This document shows, piece after piece, positions 16,009 to 18,718 of a stretch of DNA of 18,718 nucleotides; position 1 is the first letter of the stretch; every line of letters starts with the position of its first letter. The position numbers and the translations under genes are program-made. The notes beneath the pieces are model-generated. The model was not told where the DNA came from, searched no databases, and worked only from the letters and a program-made list of their open reading frames with translations. The DNA is from Acaryochloridaceae cyanobacterium VAR_48_metabat_390 (GTDB taxonomy: Bacteria; Cyanobacteriota; Cyanobacteriia; Thermosynechococcales; Thermosynechococcaceae), in assembly GCA_031422435.1 (NCBI GenBank), contig JANPLU010000061.1, positions 1 through 18,718 on the forward strand. Reading direction: 5' to 3'.

Positions 16009-17799
16009 ATGTCCTTAAATGTTGAACTTTTAGAGCAAAGCTTCGAGCGAATTAAACCGCGTGCCGACGAATTTGTCGTTAATTTCTACGAAAATTTGTT
16101 CGCGGCTCATCCAGAAGTGAAGCCGTTGTTCGCTAGCACTGATATGGCAAAGCAACAGAAAAAGTTGTTGAATGCCCTGGTGCTGGTGGTTGAAAACCTC
16201 CGCAATCCAGAGGTGTTAGGAGAAGTCTTGCAGGCATTAGGAGCAAGGCATGTAGGCTATGGCACCATTCCCCAACAGTATCCTGCGGTGGGACGAGCAC
16301 TACTCAAGACATTTGAACAACTCTTGCAGGAAGATTGGACTCCTGAAATAAACAACGCTTGGGCAGATGCTTACCAAGTTGTCACCGCGCAGATGTTGCA
16401 GGGCATCAGCAGCGTCCATTCAGCATCAGTGCCCACTCCAAAAGTAGAGGCAGTGACCGTCAGCCAAAAGGCTTTTGCAGCCGACGTGCCCAGCGCAGCG
16501 ACATCTGTCGTCATGCCAGCAGTATCTGCAAGCTTACCGATTGAGTTACTGGAACAGAGTTTTGAAAAAATCAAACCTCATGCCGACGCATTTGCTACCA
16601 GCTTTTACGCAAACTTGTTCGATGCCTACCCGGAACTGAAACCGCTGTTTGCAAATGTGGACATGGTAAAGCAGCAGAAAAAGTTGCTGAATGCCCTGGT
16701 GCTAGTGGTTGAAAATCTCCGCAATCAAGAGGCTTTAGGGGAAGTTTTGCAGGCATTAGGAGCAAGGCATGTAGGCTATGGCACCATTCCCCAACAGTAT
16801 CCTGCAGTGGGACAAGCACTACTCAAGGCATTGGAGCAGCAGTTGCAACCCGAATGGACACCCGAACTCAAGCAAGCCTGGATAGATGCTTACAAAGTCA
16901 TTGCGGCTCAAATGGTGAAGGGTGCGGCTCAACCTGTTACGCCTGTGATCGCCCCTCCAACCCCTAGTCTCCCTTTAGCTCAACTTGGAGGACGTAGAAA
17001 CCTCAAGCCTGTTAAACGGCGATCCACTCGCAAATGGAGTGCAAGCCCTAAACAAGTTGCTAGAAACATCATTGACACGTTCTGGAGAACTCCTGCCTGG
17101 ATCATTGCGACTGTTGTAGCCATTGCAATGATGGGCATCTTTTTAGTAACGGATGAGACCTCTCAATTTGCCAAAGTCCTGGGTGGACTTGAGGCAATTA
17201 GTGTAGTGGTTGCCCTGGTTCTATTCATCAAGGAAGCACCTGATCGCAAAAAACAATTTCACTATCAAGCCTGGAGCATCATTGATGCCGCGCATAGTGT
17301 AAACGTGAGCTACGCCAGAGTTTTGGCACTCCAGGACTTGAACGAAGATGGCGTATCGCTTAGAGGCTTAAACGCCGCTGGTGCTGATCTTGTCGAGATT
17401 CAGCTCCCTAAAGCGAATTTGAGTCATGCAAATTTAAGCGCAGCCGACCTTAGCAATGCCAACTTGCATCAGGCAAACCTCAATAAAGCAAAGTTGTCTG
17501 AAACTAAACTCAGTGGTGCCAATCTCAGTGGTGCCAATCTCAGTTTTGCTCAGTTGAGTCGAGCGAATCTCAGCAGTGCCAACCTGAATAGTGCTAATTT
17601 GATTTGTGCCGACTTAAGCAACGCTAATCTCAGTGGAGCCGATTTGAGAAATGCCAGCTTGAGTGGTGCGAATCTAGCCACAGCATACTTAGGAGGGGCA
17701 AATCTGAAAGGCGCTCAAGTCAGTATATCTGAGCTGAGTGTCGCTTTTCTAGACGGTGCCATCATGCCCGATAGCTCAAGATATCGCTCTCAGAATTAA
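16009..17799 (+). CDS. Tandem globin (flavohemoglobin-type, x2) - transmembrane - pentapeptide repeat fusion protein
   Basis: Two copies of LLEQSFE.IKP.AD.F...FY.NLF...PE.KPLF...QQKKLLNAL...LGARHVGYG (proximal His), a Pro/Ala linker, two hydrophobic helices, and A(N/D)LxxA pentapeptide repeats ending GAIMPD. Confidence 0.9.
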   Translation: MSLNVELLEQSFERIKPRADEFVVNFYENLFAAHPEVKPLFASTDMAKQQKKLLNALVLVVENLRNPEVLGEVLQALGARHVGYGTIPQQYPAVGRALLKTFEQLLQEDWTPEINNAWADAYQVVTAQMLQGISSVHSASVPTPKVEAVTVSQKAFAADVPSAATSVVMPAVSASLPIELLEQSFEKIKPHADAFATSFYANLFDAYPELKPLFANVDMVKQQKKLLNALVLVVENLRNQEALGEVLQALGARHVGYGTIPQQYPAVGQALLKALEQQLQPEWTPELKQAWIDAYKVIAAQMVKGAAQPVTPVIAPPTPSLPLAQLGGRRNLKPVKRRSTRKWSASPKQVARNIIDTFWRTPAWIIATVVAIAMMGIFLVTDETSQFAKVLGGLEAISVVVALVLFIKEAPDRKKQFHYQAWSIIDAAHSVNVSYARVLALQDLNEDGVSLRGLNAAGADLVEIQLPKANLSHANLSAADLSNANLHQANLNKAKLSETKLSGANLSGANLSFAQLSRANLSSANLNSANLICADLSNANLSGADLRNASLSGANLATAYLGGANLKGAQVSISELSVAFLDGAIMPDSSRYRSQN

Positions 17800-17896
17800 G
17801 CTCATGAACACACGACTTGAAAGGTTAGCACTCAATAAAGGGCTGAAACCTAGCATTCTCAGTATCGAACCCTAAATGGGATTGAGCCGAGATACA

Positions 17897-18037
17897 GATA
17901 CTGTTGGCGAATTATTTCTTTATGTCTGGGCTTCCCGTCCTATCGAAACCGATTTACAAAACTCAATCGGTTTCGATAGGGGGATGACTGAAATGCAAGA
18001 CTTTCAGAGTGTTAAGCGATGTTTCGCCAACAGTATC
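17897..18037. repeat. MITE-like element with nested inverted repeats
   Basis: Perfect 15-bp TIR GATACTGTTGGCGAA / TTCGCCAACAGTATC, flanked by AGATACA / AGATACG. Inside is a perfect 16-bp IR CCTATCGAAACCGATT-N10-AATCGGTTTCGATAGG (17939-17980). Confidence 0.6.
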
Positions 18038-18180
18038 AGATACGTGCAAAATCGTGCAAGATGACTCTGAAACCGTCACAGGTCATGGCTTTTAGGCTTA
18101 GTCAGTAACATCGGAACCAAAAATAACTGCCAGCCTAGAACCCTTTCTAGATATAACTTTCAGCCTACGAACTTGGGAGA

Positions 18181-18680
18181 GACAATTGCGAAAAAGTGTT
18201 AAAACAGCCCTAAAAGCCACAGTTTTCAAAATTTTCAAAAACAAACGACACGGGCGTGTTTCTACGGCCATTTTACGTCTAGAAAAGACCTATTCGGGTA
18301 GATCTATTTTTGGGTCAAAAACCCGAAAAAAACGGTTTTTCGCCCCTGGAATCGACAGTTGACGAGATTTTCAAAAACAAATGGCATCGGCATCTCCAGA
18401 CGGCCCATTGCCGTCAAGAAAACACCTCACACCGGCCACATCGGACGAGGTCGAGAAACGCGCCCCTCCCTCCCGGCTGACGCTCTTGTTCTCTATACAA
18501 CAACATTTCTATTTCTTTGGGTCTCAAACCGAAGAAAACAGTTTTCGTCACTTTGAATCGACAGTATGGTGAGAAAAAATGGTTTAACCGCTCTCAAGGC
18601 CACAGTTTTCATCCGATTCGAAAACAAACGACATTGACGTGTTCGGACGGTCAATTGACGTCTGAAAAACTAGTCATTTG
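18181..18680. repeat. Non-coding, A/T-tract-rich degenerate modular repeats
   Basis: GCCACAGTTTTCA at 18216 and 18599; ATTTTCAAAAACAAA at 18231 and 18367 (variant near 18617); GAATCGACAGT at 18349 and 18555. Confidence 0.6.
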
Positions 18681-18718
18681 GTTCAACGCAAGTCATTCTG
18701 GGTGATGAAATGGTGAAA

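Noticed and set aside
407..16819. Numerous 60-100 aa ORFs overlapping larger genes (e.g. 407..625, 1628..1849, 8862..9098, 10283..10468, 12340..12597, 16595..16819)
   Set aside because: Shadow ORFs in alternative frames or antisense to well-supported genes.
18181..18718. CRISPR array, or coding ORFs 18359..18556, 18381..18572 and 18517..18705
   Set aside because: Repeats are degenerate and irregularly spaced; the ORFs are short, overlapping and have no recognisable motif.

Overview
Cyanobacterial accessory DNA: at least 12 HIP1 (GCGATCGC) sites and photosynthesis genes, probably a plasmid or genomic island in decay. The left half (1-9400) is an iron-starvation cluster. It holds a TonB-dependent receptor whose 5' part is cut off by an IS5-family element, a PepSY-TM protein, an Asr1405/Asl0597-like gene and a dps gene with an internal TAG. 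A Fur-box promoter, a relic isiA-like 5' end, a cupin, isiA-isiB-isiC and an SLH iron-uptake porin follow. The right half is mobile-element-like. It holds a MITE, a DUF6006-like gene with an internal TAA, two plasmid-type hypothetical genes (a Cys/His-rich protein and a possible kleisin-like protein), higBA and a frameshifted tyrosine recombinase. Next comes a dead integron: an intI relic split by an 88-bp TA-duplicating MITE, a 41-bp periodic attI-like repeat array, and one cassette cut by an ISKra4 element. The window ends with a double-globin/TM/pentapeptide fusion gene, another MITE-like element and an unexplained modular A-tract repeat region. All family calls come from motif recognition, not database searches.
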